This document shows, in pieces, positions 1-12,204 of a stretch of 64,000 nucleotides of DNA. A program made the translations under genes and the position numbers. Source of the stretch: Eledone cirrhosa (Eukaryota); the NCBI GenBank assembly GCA_964016885.1, contig OZ024758.1:16988001-17052000 (forward strand). Direction: 5' to 3'. The notes under the pieces are model-generated. The model made no database searches. It had not been told where the DNA came from and saw only the letters and a program-made list of their open reading frames with translations. Within the stretch, counting starts at the first letter, position 1, and every line of letters begins with the position of its first letter.

Positions 1-110
1 CAGTGTGTACTGGGTGTATTTTTTAGTGGCACCAATACTACCAATTTACAGTGTGTACTGGGTGTACTTTTTTTTTAGAGGAACTTGCATGGATTATATC
101 ATCATCATTA

Positions 111-293
111 TCATCTGGCAGCCTCAGCCGAAATCAACTCAACAATTGATCTCCACGTGGGTCTGTCATTCATTGCCACTGCCAAATCCTGGATTTTGAT
201 AGCAAAATCTCTGGAGATGACATCAGGATAGGAGAGCTTACATCCCCTGTTATTAGTGACTGCTTGTGGTTTCCAAAGCACTAATGAGGACAC
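111..293 (-). mobile_element. 3' remnant of an RTE-like LINE ORF
   Basis: Minus-strand peptide LWKPQ..RGCKLSYPDVISRD..DLAVAMNDRPTWRSIV fits the RTE C-terminal GRP..W/Y.D....D......DR..WR pattern; it ends in a (TGA)n-like tail. Confidence 0.6.
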
Positions 294-355
294 AGCCTCG
301 TAGGTGGCACTCAGTCAGGATTAAAAATGCCATAGAAATGCCATACATCAATATT

Positions 356-535
356 GATTCTACTTTTGGCACAAGGCCAGCAATTATCCCAGTGTGTTAC
401 TGGTACTTTATTTTATCGACCCCCGTAAGGATGAAAGGCAAAGTTAACCTTGGCAGGATTTGAACTCAGATCATGAAGGGCCGTAACTCTTTGCTGCAAA
501 GCATGGCGTCCGACCCTTTACCGATACTGCCAATC
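356..535 (-). mobile_element. tRNA-derived SINE family A copy
   Basis: On the minus strand: A-box-like TGGCAGTATCGGT, B-box GAGTTCAAATCC, central GCCTTTCATCCTTACGGGGGTCGATAAAATAAAGTACCAG, tail GCTGGCCTTGTGCCAAAAGTAGAA; about 20 copies in the window. Confidence 0.85.
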
Positions 536-1049
536 AATATTGCGCCCCTATGACGCTATTGAAAGTTAAGGGGACTAAAAGAAAATAAAGTGTGTAATTT
601 CAAGGAGATTTAAGGGTTATTTCAAGAAGATTCAAGGGTTATTTCTTATAGGTTGAGTGACCACATAGCTATAGAAGTTAAATGGAGGTGAAAATGTTTT
701 TCAATGAATAATCAAACTCTGGTTCAAAAATTATTTTGCCCTGAGTTTTCAGATCATTCTGATGATCGGCAACTGATCATCATACTTGTCAGTTAATAAA
801 AATTAATTAACAAATATGAAATAAATGGGAATAAATTTAAGAAAAATATATATAAATTTATGAGTCGTGTGAACAATTTGAACATGTGTAATTTGTTGTT
901 TTAAAAATGTTTGTCATAGGGTTGAATAGGCGAAAAAATAAATTAAACATTTTAAGTCAATTATATTTTAATTTCAAGTTTTTACATAAAACATGTTCCA
1001 TAAATACTTTACCATTCTCATTCATCTTGTTGTATACAAATTCTCACAT

Positions 1050-1384
1050 TTATACACATATACACCCAGATACATATATATATATGTGTTCATGATCTCA
1101 CACATACACACACATATATGAACACACACTCACACTCACTCACACACATCTGTACACACAGACACATATACATACATGTATATATGTATGTGTATGATTA
1201 TACCATATATATATATACATATATATATATATATGTATACAAACGCACACACATATACGTGTGTGTGTGTGTGTCTATGCGTGTGTATGTATATATGTAC
1301 ATGTATATATATGTGTGTGTGTATATATGTATATGTATGTATGTGTCTGTACGTATAAATGTACATGTACATATATATATGTGC

Positions 1385-1428
<44 letters not shown>

Positions 1429-1475
1429 ATATAAACATACATACATTCATTTATATATTCATACACAATATATAC
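1050..1475. repeat. Mixed (TA)n/(CA)n/(TG)n microsatellite
   Basis: Direct reading. Confidence 0.95.
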
Positions 1476-1621
1476 ATTTGCACCACAAGGTGGATGTAGG
1501 AATGTAAAACATGAAGAAAAAAGGTATCAGTATTAAAATTAGAATTTCTCAAGTTTTAGTTCATTTGATATTTGAATAAAATGATTAATCATTTTTAATT
1601 AATTGAACAAAAATTTAAACA

Positions 1622-2285
<664 letters not shown>

Positions 2286-2444
2286 GGGGGGGGGTGTCGT
2301 GACAAAAAATGTAATGTAAAGAATATAATGAATAAAACAATTAAAAATAGCTTCTACTCATTCATTTTTTAGTTTTTCCTGACACCAACAACTAATTAAC
2401 CACTTTTCATATTTGGTGGAATTTATAAACTATTTAATTATGCT

Positions 2445-2457
2445 ACAATCATCGTGT

Positions 2458-2490
<33 letters not shown>

Positions 2491-2646
2491 ACAGCAGCAT
2501 TGCCATACCACTCACAACCTTCAATTTCATCATCATCATCATCGACAATCACACCACCACCACCACCACCACCATCACCATAACCATCATTATCATTATC
2601 ATCATCGTTATTATCATCATTATCATCATCATCATTATCATCATCA
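2445..2646. repeat. (CAT/CAC/CAG)n trinucleotide tract
   Basis: Direct reading; a similar tract lies at 2860-2980. Confidence 0.9.
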
Positions 2647-2653
2647 GAGAGAT

Positions 2654-2860
2654 GGATTGACCAGTATCGGTAGAGGGTCGGATGCCATGCTTTGCAGCAT
2701 AGAGTTACGGCCCTTTGCGTTCTGAGTTCAAATCCTGCCGATGTTAAATTTGCCTTTCATCCTTACGGGGCGGGGGGGGGGGGAGTCGATTCGATAAAAT
2801 AAAGCACCAGTAATACGCTGGGGGTCGATTTAATGGCCTTGTGCCAAAAGTGGAAACAAT
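2654..2860 (+). mobile_element. SINE family A copy
   Basis: GGATTGACCAGTATCGGTAGAGG..GAGTTCAAATCC..GCCTTTCATCCTTACGGG..GGCCTTGTGCCAAAAGTGGAAAC. Confidence 0.85.
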
Positions 2861-3169
2861 CATTATCCTCATCACAACCAGCAACACCACCACCACCACC
2901 ATCACCATTGACATCACCACCACCATCACCATCACCACCACCACCAACAACAACAATTTTATCATCACCATCATCATCATTCTCGTCCCTACCCACATAC
3001 TTTTTTTAAGCCCCCCCCCCCCCGACGTCTGGCTTGGACAGGAATATCAATATCAATATCAATGGTTATAAAGCAAACAAATATAATAAAAAAAGACCCC
3101 AAAAACATAAAACAGAGATAAAATAAATGTAAATAAAATAAATAAATGTGAAAATGTGTAAATATTAAT

Positions 3170-3206
3170 GGAGAGAGAGAGAGAGAGAGAGAATGGGGGA
3201 GAGAGG

Positions 3207-3242
<36 letters not shown>

Positions 3243-3316
3243 GAGTGTCAGGCGAGGCTTTTTATGGTAGAGTCTACAGGACTTTGATGTGTAATTATAT
3301 ATGATAGAGAGAGGGG

Positions 3317-3348
<32 letters not shown>

Positions 3349-3619
3349 AAGAGAGAGAGAGAGGGGGAGAATGAGGGTGAGAGAGAGGGGGGAGAATGAG
3401 GGTGAGAGAGAGAGAGAGAGAGAATGAGGGAGAGAGAGATATAGAGAGGGGGGTGAGAGAGAGATAGAGGGAGAATGAGGGTGAGAGAGAGAGAGAGAGA
3501 ATGAGGGTGAGAGAGAGAGAGAGAGAGAATGAGGGAGAGAGAGAGATAGAGAGAGAGGGGCTGAGAGAGAGAGAGATAGAGAGAGAGGGGCTGAGAGAGA
3601 GAGAGATAGAGAGAGAGGG

Positions 3620-3659
<40 letters not shown>

Positions 3660-3810
3660 GAGTGTCAGGTGAGGCTTTTTATGGTAGAGTGTACAGGACT
3701 TTGATGTGTAATTATATAGTCTGATAGAGAGAGGGGGAGAGGGAGACGGAAGAAGAGGAAGAGTGAGGGAGAGATAGATAGATAGATAGATAAATTGAGA
3801 TAGAGAGATA
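3170..3810. repeat. (GA)n-rich tract containing a duplicated ~70-bp unique segment (3237-3305, 3654-3725)
   Basis: GATTGTGAGTGTCAGG..GGACTTTGATGTGTAATTATA occurs twice. Confidence 0.85.
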
Positions 3811-3811
3811 G

Positions 3812-3850
<39 letters not shown>

Positions 3851-4014
3851 TACAATAACAGAGAAAGCTTTAAGCTAAACTCCGACTGGTAACCATCTCA
3901 CTCAACAAACATTAGGTTATACGTTAGTATAAACCCAATTTAATGTCTGGGATGCTAACTATAAGTATTTTGTGGAAAGCCAGTTGTATTATTTTATATG
4001 AGATATAATTAAAA

Positions 4015-4226
4015 TTAACGAAGGAAATGTGGTAAGGAACCAGGTGGACCATAACGCACCAAAGTACTCAATACTTAGGGTAGTAGAGTGGGTAATAGGA
4101 ACGAGTAGGACCCCGACGGCTGAGCTCAAGCCGTTTCGACGGCTAATGCTAATTCTGGACTAAAATTTTAGTCCAGAATTAGCCGTCGAAACGACTTGAA
4201 CTCTGCCGTCGGGGTCCTACTCGTTC

Positions 4227-4230
<4 letters not shown>
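4015..4230 (-). mobile_element. Penelope-like terminal fragment ending in a fold-back palindrome (4095-4230)
   Basis: Related sequence at 29436-29568, 34495-34575 and 22945-23048; contains a hammerhead 3' half GAAACGGCT-TGAGCTC-AGCCGTC; bordered by (TA)n. Confidence 0.55.
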
Positions 4231-4254
<24 letters not shown>

Positions 4255-4259
<5 letters not shown>

Positions 4260-4935
4260 GAGAGAGAGTGAGTGTGAGGGGAGAAAGAGGGAGAGAGAGA
4301 GGGGAGGGCATAAAGAGAGTGAGTGTTAAGAGAGAGAGGGGGAGAGGGAGAGTGAGAGAGCGAGGGGAGAGGGGGGGGTGAGAGCGCGAGGGGAGAGGGG
4401 TTGAGAGAGAGCGAGGGGAGAGGGGGTGAGAGCGAGCGAGGGGGAGTGAGAGAGAGCGAGGGGGAGTGAGAGAGAGCGAGGGGGAGTGAGAGAGAGCGAG
4501 GGGGAGTGAGAGAAAGAGAGCAAAAAGAAACATTCAAATGACATATGTAGATATGTATATGTGTATGCTTTTGTGTGTATGTGTACTTTTTATGTCTGTG
4601 TGTGTGTGTGGTTGTAATGATATATGTGTATATGTGTATGTGCACATGTGTATGTTTTTGTGTGTGTGTGTGTGTGATCATATATGTAGACATGTACATG
4701 TGTATGTGTTTGTCTGTATGTGTTTCTGTTTGTGTGCATGTGTATATGTGTGTGTGTGATGATATATGAGAACATGTACATGTTTATGCATATGTGTATG
4801 TGTTTGTGTCCATGTGTACATTTTTATATCTGTATGTGTATGTGTGTGTGTGTGCGTGATGGTAAGTGTAAGTGTATGTGTGTGTGCATGTGTAGTTTTT
4901 CATATCCGTGTGTGTGTATGTGTATGTGTGTGTGT
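4255..4935. repeat. (GA)n then (TG)n low-complexity tract
   Basis: Direct reading. Confidence 0.9.
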
Positions 4936-4978
4936 GATGAGATATTTGGAATAAAAAAATTATATTATAAAGTTATAA

Positions 4979-5877
4979 TTGTTTCTACTTTTGGCACAAG
5001 GCCAGCAATTATCTCAGCGTATTACTGGTACTTTATTTTATCGACCCCATAAGGTTGAAAGGCAAAGTTAACCTCGGCGGGATTTGAACTCAGTCCGTAA
5101 AGGGACGTAACTGTGCTGTAAAGCATGGCGCCCGACCCTCTACCGATACTAATAAATGCTTAAATCAATTAAATACATTGGGGAAAGGGACGTCGATTAA
5201 ATTGACCCCAGAGCATTACTGGTACTTTATTTTATCAACCCTGTAAAGATGAAAGGCAAAGTTAACCTCGGCAGGATTTGAAATCAGACCATAAAGGGCC
5301 GTAACTCTTTGCTGCAAAGCATGACGTCCGACCCTCTACCGATATTGCCAATCCACGCCTTAAAATAATTGTTTCTACATTTGGCACAGGGCCAGCAATT
5401 ACCCCAGTGCATTACTGGTACTTTAATAATAATAATTGTTTCTACGATAGGCACAAGGCCAGCAATTTTTGGGGAAGGGGAAAGTTGATTGAATCGACCC
5501 AAGTGCATTACTGGTACTTTATTTTATCGACCTCTGTAAGGATGAAAGGCAAAGTTAACCTCGGAGGGATTTGAACTCAGAATGGCAAGGGCCGTAACTC
5601 TATGCGTCAAATCATGGTGTCCGACCCTCTACCGACTCTGCCAAGCCAATGAAAATAATAATGATTTCTAGTATAGGCACAAGGCCAATGATTTTGGGGC
5701 GAGAGGAAAATCGATTAATTCGACCCCAGTACATTACTGGTACTTTAATTTATCGACCCTGTAAGGATGAAAGGCAAAGTTAACCTCGGCGAGATTTGAA
5801 CTCAGACCGTAAAGGGGTGTAACTCAATGCTGCAAAGCATGGTGTCTGAATCTCTACCGATACTGCCAATCCCCCGC
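4979..5877 (-). mobile_element. Head-to-tail cluster of about 5 SINE family A copies (one partial)
   Basis: GAAAGGCAAAGTTAACCTCGG recurs at about 5057, 5251, 5544 and 5769; a partial tail lies at 5366-5425. Confidence 0.9.
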
Positions 5878-5921
5878 GATGACTGGAAAGTGAGAATAGA
5901 GATTTCAATGTTAGAGTAACC

Positions 5922-6270
5922 TTCTCCTTCTTCTTCTTCTTCGTCTTTATTTTCTTCTTCTTTGCCCTCTTATTCCTGAGAGGGTTGTGGGGGATAGAGT
6001 CCTGAAACACTTCTTTCAGCAGGTCCCATCAGAAGCAACTGTGTCCAACTGATCTGGCTGGATCCTCCTGTGAGACCTGCAAAGCTCATGTATGTTATCC
6101 AACCATCTTGCTTGGGGCCTCTTGCTGGTTGGGTTTTGCCTCATATTAGACCAACCAAGTTCATGGATGTTATCCAACCATCTTGCTTGGGGTCTAGCCC
6201 TGGGTCCCTTGCTGGTTGGCTTTGCCTTATGCAAGACCAACCAAGTTCAAGGATGTTATTCAACCATCTT
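5922..6270 (-). mobile_element. 3' end of RTE LINE (family with (GAA)n tail), with internal duplication
   Basis: Peptide KPTSKGPRARPQARWLDNIHEL is repeated; (TTC)n tail at 5922-5962. Confidence 0.8.
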
Positions 6271-6682
6271 GCTCAAACATTTTCAAATACGGAACACTTT
6301 TTGGTTCAGAAATTTTTTAGGGGACCCCAAAGTGTGATACTGATATATGGTCATAATATAAATATACTCCTGTACCTTTTTTCACAGAACCCCACACATT
6401 CCTTCGCAGAACACTGGAGTTCCACAGAAACTACTTTGGGAAGCTACTCCTCTAAACATACTATCAATTCAGCCAATCAACAACTGCATACAATGTCAAT
6501 GATAAGCTAGTTAAGGTTTTGTACTTATGTGAGAAATCAATAATTTATTCCATTGAATGTTTGACTTGTGACATAGTAGAGATATCTCAAAGAAAAATAA
6601 TGGTTTCTTTCAGTTAAATAAAAGCTCAAGAATTTGCCTATATTTGAGTGAATAAATCTGAATATATTATTGTCATTTACAT

Positions 6683-6848
6683 TGGCAGTATTGATAGAGA
6701 GTCGGATGCCATGCTTTGCAGCATAGTTACAGTCCTTTTTGGTCTGAGTTCAAATCCCGCCGAGGTTAACTTTGCCTTTCATCCTTACAGGGTCGATAAA
6801 ATAAAGAACAAGTAATGCTGGCCTTGTGCCAAAAGTAGAAACAATTAT
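6683..6848 (+). mobile_element. SINE family A copy
   Basis: TGGCAGTATTGATAGAG..GAGTTCAAATCCCGCCGAGGTTAACTTTGCC.. Confidence 0.85.
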
Positions 6849-6879
6849 ATATATTATCTATCTATCTATCATATATATC

Positions 6880-7126
6880 ATCATCATCATCATCATCGTT
6901 TAACGTCCATGTTCCACGCTTGCATGGGTTTGGATGGGAGTTTTCCCACTTGAAGCAAGAGTGGTTGTCTTGCTCGCATAGGACTGTCTGGCGGGTTTTC
7001 TACAGCTGGATGCCCTTCCTAACACCAACCACATTTACAGTGTGGGGCTGGGAGGTTTTTACCGTGTTGCCTACACGGCCACATTACAGCGTGGACTGTG
7101 TGTTTTTTTGTCGTGACACCTACACG
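6880..7126 (-). mobile_element. SINE/LINE-UTR repeat family C (GTTAGGAAGGGCATCCAGCTGTAGAAAA module, (TGA)n tail)
   Basis: Homologous to 18600-18755, 39965-40132 and 51945-52410. Confidence 0.75.
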
Positions 7127-7325
7127 ATATATATATATATATATTAATTATATATTAATTATATATATATATATATTATCTATATATATATATATATAAT
7201 GTAGGAGGTGAGTTTTATTGTAAGCACAATAAAGCAATGCAAATATCAGATAAGTAGCACTCAACAGTTTATTGGACTGGAGTATATATAAGAAGAAATT
7301 AAAAGATGGTTAAAAAAGTTCCATG

Positions 7326-7396
7326 TATTTTATTATGCGCATTTCAAAAACAAATATCATTCTGGGACGATATTTGCGTTCTCATCAGATAAAATA
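7326..7396 (-). ncRNA. Minimal type I hammerhead ribozyme (Penelope-like element type)
   Basis: Minus strand: TATTTTAT-CTGATGA-[GAACGCAAATATCG tcccagaa TGATATTTGTTTTT]-GAAA-TGCGCA-TA-ATAAAATA; 8-bp stem I, long stem II, palindromic stem III ATGCGCAT. Confidence 0.8.
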
Positions 7397-7691
7397 GGGA
7401 GATATGATATGAAGCTTAAAAAAAACACTTGTGAGCAAGGTAGTGTCTAAACAACATATGATAAATAAATTTAAAAGGATATAGGAGATTGGAAAAAAAG
7501 GAAAGGAAGGGGAGAAAAAGGAAGGAAGAGGAAAAAAGGAAAAAAGGAAAATAGAAGGAAAGGATAACGGAGGAAGAGTATTAGTAGATAATATATATAT
7601 ATGGAGGTATCTGTAAATGAGTGTGTATATTTATTATATATATATATATCAATATAATATATATATCTATCTCTCTCTCTATCCCCCCACA

Positions 7692-7704
<13 letters not shown>

Positions 7705-7723
<19 letters not shown>

Positions 7724-7763
7724 CACAATATGATATATATATATATATAATATATACACAATA

Positions 7764-7815
<52 letters not shown>

Positions 7816-8070
7816 ATATGATATATATATATATAATATATACACAATATGATATATGTATATATATAATATATACACAATATGATATATATATATAATA
7901 TATACACAATATGATATATATATATATAATATATACACAATATGATATATATATATATATATATATACACAATATGATATATATATATATAATATATACA
8001 CAATATGATATATATATATATATATATATACACAATATGATATATATATATATAATATATACACAATATG

Positions 8071-8102
<32 letters not shown>

Positions 8103-8107
8103 ATATG

Positions 8108-8139
<32 letters not shown>

Positions 8140-8295
8140 ATATGATATATATATATATAATATATACACAATATGATATATACATATATATATATAATAT
8201 ATACACAATATGATATATATACATATATATATATAATATATACACAATATGTATATATATATATATACATATATATATGATATATATATATATAT
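7705..8295. repeat. Minisatellite TAATATATACACAATATGA with variable (TA)n spacer
   Basis: Direct reading; more than 15 copies of CACAATATG. Confidence 0.95.
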
Positions 8296-8729
8296 GGGTG
8301 CATTCTTTTTAGATATCAGATATGTTTATATGGCTGTCCAGATACTTCTATATATAATAGTATTTTACATCTGAATATCTAAATTATGTTCCTTTAGCTT
8401 CATTCAAAATTAATAATGGTTTTCACAATAAAATGGGGAGAATCTTTTTTCCTGTGTATTGGTTCATGAGTGTTTATATCTGTAAATAGTTATTTTTAAG
8501 CGCAGCTGGACTTTTTTTTCAGACTTTCTCTATAGAGTATTCTGCCCTCTTTAGTTGAACTCTTCAACTTTATTTTGTTTCTTGTTTCTTGTCTCTGTTT
8601 GTTTGTCTGTATGTTTTTTTGTGTGTGTGTTTGAGGCATTAGATCTTTCACCCTTTTCTTTCAAGTTTTCTAGATTTCTTTGCACTTTCCTCACCTTGGG
8701 CTTCTGACATCTGGTCCTCTTATTCTACC

Positions 8730-8746
8730 ATGTCTCTCTTTCATTC

Positions 8747-8794
<48 letters not shown>

Positions 8795-9220
8795 CATCTC
8801 TCTCTCTTCATTGTCTCTCTTTCCCTCTTCTTTCCCTCTCTCTCTTTTTCATGTCTCTTTCTCTCTTTTCCTTTACCTCTCTTTCTTCCTTTTCTCTCTC
8901 CCTCTTTCCCCGTCTCTCTCTCTTCTTTGCCCCCTCCCCCTCTCTCTTCCTTCTCTCTCTCTTCCTTCTCTTTCTCTCTTTCTTGTTTGTCCCTCTCTCT
9001 CTCTTCCTTCTCTCACTCTTTCTCTCTCTTCTTTATCCCTCTCTCTCTCTCTCTTCCTTCTCCCTCTCTCTCTCTCTCTCTTCCTTCTCCCTCTCTTTCT
9101 CTCACTCCCCCTCCGTTATCCCTCTCTCTTTCTCATTTTCCAAGTCTCTCTTTCTTCCCCTCTCTCCCTTCTCTCTCTCTCCCCCCCTCTCTTCTCTGCG
9201 CCTTTCTTCCCCCTCCGCCC
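8730..9220. repeat. (CT)n-rich polypyrimidine tract
   Basis: Direct reading; a similar tract lies at 10950-11305. Confidence 0.95.
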
Positions 9221-9424
9221 TGGACCATACCTACTTGTTCCAACATCCACACCAACTTTAATTCTCTGTTTTCGTTCACAGCAGAGTCCTATATAAACAT
9301 TATAAAAACATATAAACCTCTCGCAGGAGTGTTCAATATCTAAAACCAATAAGGAATATATATAAATCTAATGAGATCAATTTATCAAAATATTTTGGTA
9401 CAGTAGATAGAAGTGAATATATTT

Positions 9425-9758
9425 TCTTTATCCCAGTTTCACCAGGAAGTGGGGTCAGCACCTAAGATCCTTTATTTTTCAAGGACTTCAAGACTGGCAT
9501 GGGGCAGGTTGTATGTGTGACAGCTCACACCTATGCAGCTTTAGCTGGCCCCCTCCAATGTATATCTCAGCGGTGTCTTGGGTAATTTAATGATAGGGAC
9601 CTCATTCCTATCATCTCATTTCTACAGCTGAGTAAACTGGAGCAATGTGAAATAAAGTGTCTTGCTCAAGGAAACAACACATCACCCGGTCTGAGAATTG
9701 AACTCACAACCTTTCGATTGCAAGGCCAATGCTCTAACCACTAAGCCATCTGCCTCCA
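9425..9758 (-). mobile_element. SINE family B head with an alternative 3' body
   Basis: 9590-9758 matches the tRNA head of 30030-30199 and 34190-34357; the distal part is unrelated to their tail. Confidence 0.7.
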
Positions 9759-10124
9759 ATGATTTTATATAAATACCTTACGTTAAGTAACTATTTTAGT
9801 AATGAAATAATTAATAATTTTAGTAGATCCTTCAAAATTCTCTCAAGTAAATATAAAAACTGATAGAGGGTGCAGGGGATTCTTATGTCTAGTAAGACAG
9901 CCTCTCTAGTGCTGGCGGCATGAACAATGTGCCCCGCCCATGCTGTAAAGTGTTTGATGACATCCAGCCAGAAAAACCCAACCAAAATCAGGAAAAGCTT
10001 AAAGTTTGAAGGTAAAATTGACTTTAATGAGATTTGAACTGAGATTACAAAGAGCCAGAATGATTACAGTAAGACATTAATTAATTAAAATAGAATGAAT
10101 TTCATTAGAAATGCAGTCATGAAC

Positions 10125-10330
10125 ATTGCTCTCTATATATAATACTATTGTGTTTTTGCGGTAAAGGCTTTATTTTACATAATTATCTCACATAATACCA
10201 AATCTATGAGATTTTGATGTTATTTATTTTGAGAACAATACCTTAACATCAGTATGAGCAGCTGGTTACAACCGGTTTAAACAGAAAGAGGTGAGAGAAT
10301 TCTGACCGGTTATGGCTGGTTTAATTTTTG
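10125..10330. mobile_element. Decayed piggyBac-type MITE copy
   Basis: Internal sequence matches 20942-21161. Confidence 0.65.
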
Positions 10331-12204
10331 ACATTGCAGACTAACATCAGTTTTTTCAGAGTTCCCAGTTTCTCTACCTTTTTGGTAGCATGTTAGCACA
10401 TTATTAACCTACACAACACTGATTGTTATTAAAAAAGATTGTTGTATTCTACAAACATTCCAAAGTAATATAGTATTTTCTAGAAACTAGTTATGACATT
10501 ATTATTATAGCTTCTTGGCGTTCTTCTTGTTATGTGGTTATTCTATTTTGGCAGCAGTATTTCATGATTCTCTGTTAAATTCTTTACCAAGTTTTATTTC
10601 ATTTCATTTTTTATGGTTTTATTTTATCGCCACCATCTCCTCCTCTAATATTCTATAGTCTGACAGTTTTGTAAAATGTTCAGAGACACAATCTCCATCA
10701 ATAATATTGACAGAAATAAAGTTGAAGCTATGTGCATGGTAAAGAGGTGAAATATAAAGCTAGACAACAAACTCCCAGAACAACAGTCTACATTTTCTTT
10801 TTCTGCCTTATATTATATATATGCCATTATACAATTTTCAAATAATACTTTTAAAATAGTCCATTTATCTTTTCAAATATTTTCTTTTACACTTTCATTT
10901 TAAAGAGAAATATTTTTCTTCTTGAAGATTTTTCACAACACACCCAGTGCTATCTCTCTCCCTTTCTTACTCTTTCTGTCTCTTCTTTCTTCTCTCTCTC
11001 TCTCTTTCTTACACTTTCTGTCTCTCCTTTCTTTTCTTTCTCTCATCCTCACTCTTTCTCTCTCCTTTCTTCTCTCTCTTTCTGTCTCTTTCTCTCCTTT
11101 TTTCTCTGTGTGTGTCTCTCTCTCTCTCTCACTCACACTTTGTCTCTCATTTCTTCTCTCTCCCTCCTTTCTCCCATATCTCCTCTTCTTTCTTCTCACC
11201 CCCCCCCCTATCTCCCTCCTTCTTCCCCTCCCTCTCTTTCTCACTCTCCTTCTCTCTCTCTCTCTCTTTCTCTCTCTCATATCTCTTCCCCACCTTACTC
11301 TCTCTTTAGCATTATGTTGTATATTTTATTAGAAAATTTCTTCTGGGTTATGTTAATATTTCTATTACTGGTATTTTTCTATTTTTCTTGTTTTTGTTTT
11401 ATTTACACTCATTTCATTTTTTATTTTGCTATTTTTTTTTTTTTTTTACAACAATTGTCTGATTTATTTTGACTTTTGGTTTTACTATGTCGTATATTGT
11501 TTAATTTCTGAGGTGAAATTCCTTGTAAGAAAATATAAATTCTTTGGAATAAAACAAATTTGTGATGTTTGCATTAAACATCAATTTATATTGACACAGA
11601 ATCAGAAAAATCGTTTTGTATAGGAATAGACATGGTAGAAAATATATGATCAATTCATTCTACTTTCAGAAAAGGAGTTAGTCAAGCGGAATAGAAACTA
11701 TGAGAGGAAATCCATATGTTCTGCTGTTTATTGGATGAATGAATTTTGAAAGCACACATTGTTTCCTCCAATATGGCTCAGGTTTTGCAGTTAATGAAGT
11801 TAACATTTATATATAAATATATTTTTTGCCTTTTCTGGGGATCAAATACAGATTAGTTTAAACAAATTTTCCCAGATCACTGCATTCAAATAATGGATAA
11901 TAGTGTTCACACACCATCAGATTACTTCTTTATTTCTACAGATTGATGTCACACTGCAGTGATACCATAAACTAATGCTGATCAGCAACAGACAGATATA
12001 TAACCTTGTTAGAGATAGTTTTAACCCTTTTGTTACCAAACAAACTCTGAACTTCATCATCACCATCATTTTACGTCTGTTGTTCCATGCTGGCATAGGT
12101 TAAATGGGTTCTCCTTAGTACAGGATTTCTCCACTTGTTTATAATACAAATTGTTTGTTTTAATGTTTAAATTTATCTAGGCAGCGAATTGGAAGAGTCA
12201 TTGA

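Noticed and set aside
755-785. CTGATGATCGG..CTGATCATCA
   Set aside because: Short hairpin with no downstream GAAA; not a hammerhead
8680-9349. LS/RE-rich ORFs (also 10922-11472, 4168-4544)
   Set aside because: (CT)n/(GA)n tracts with no coding signal
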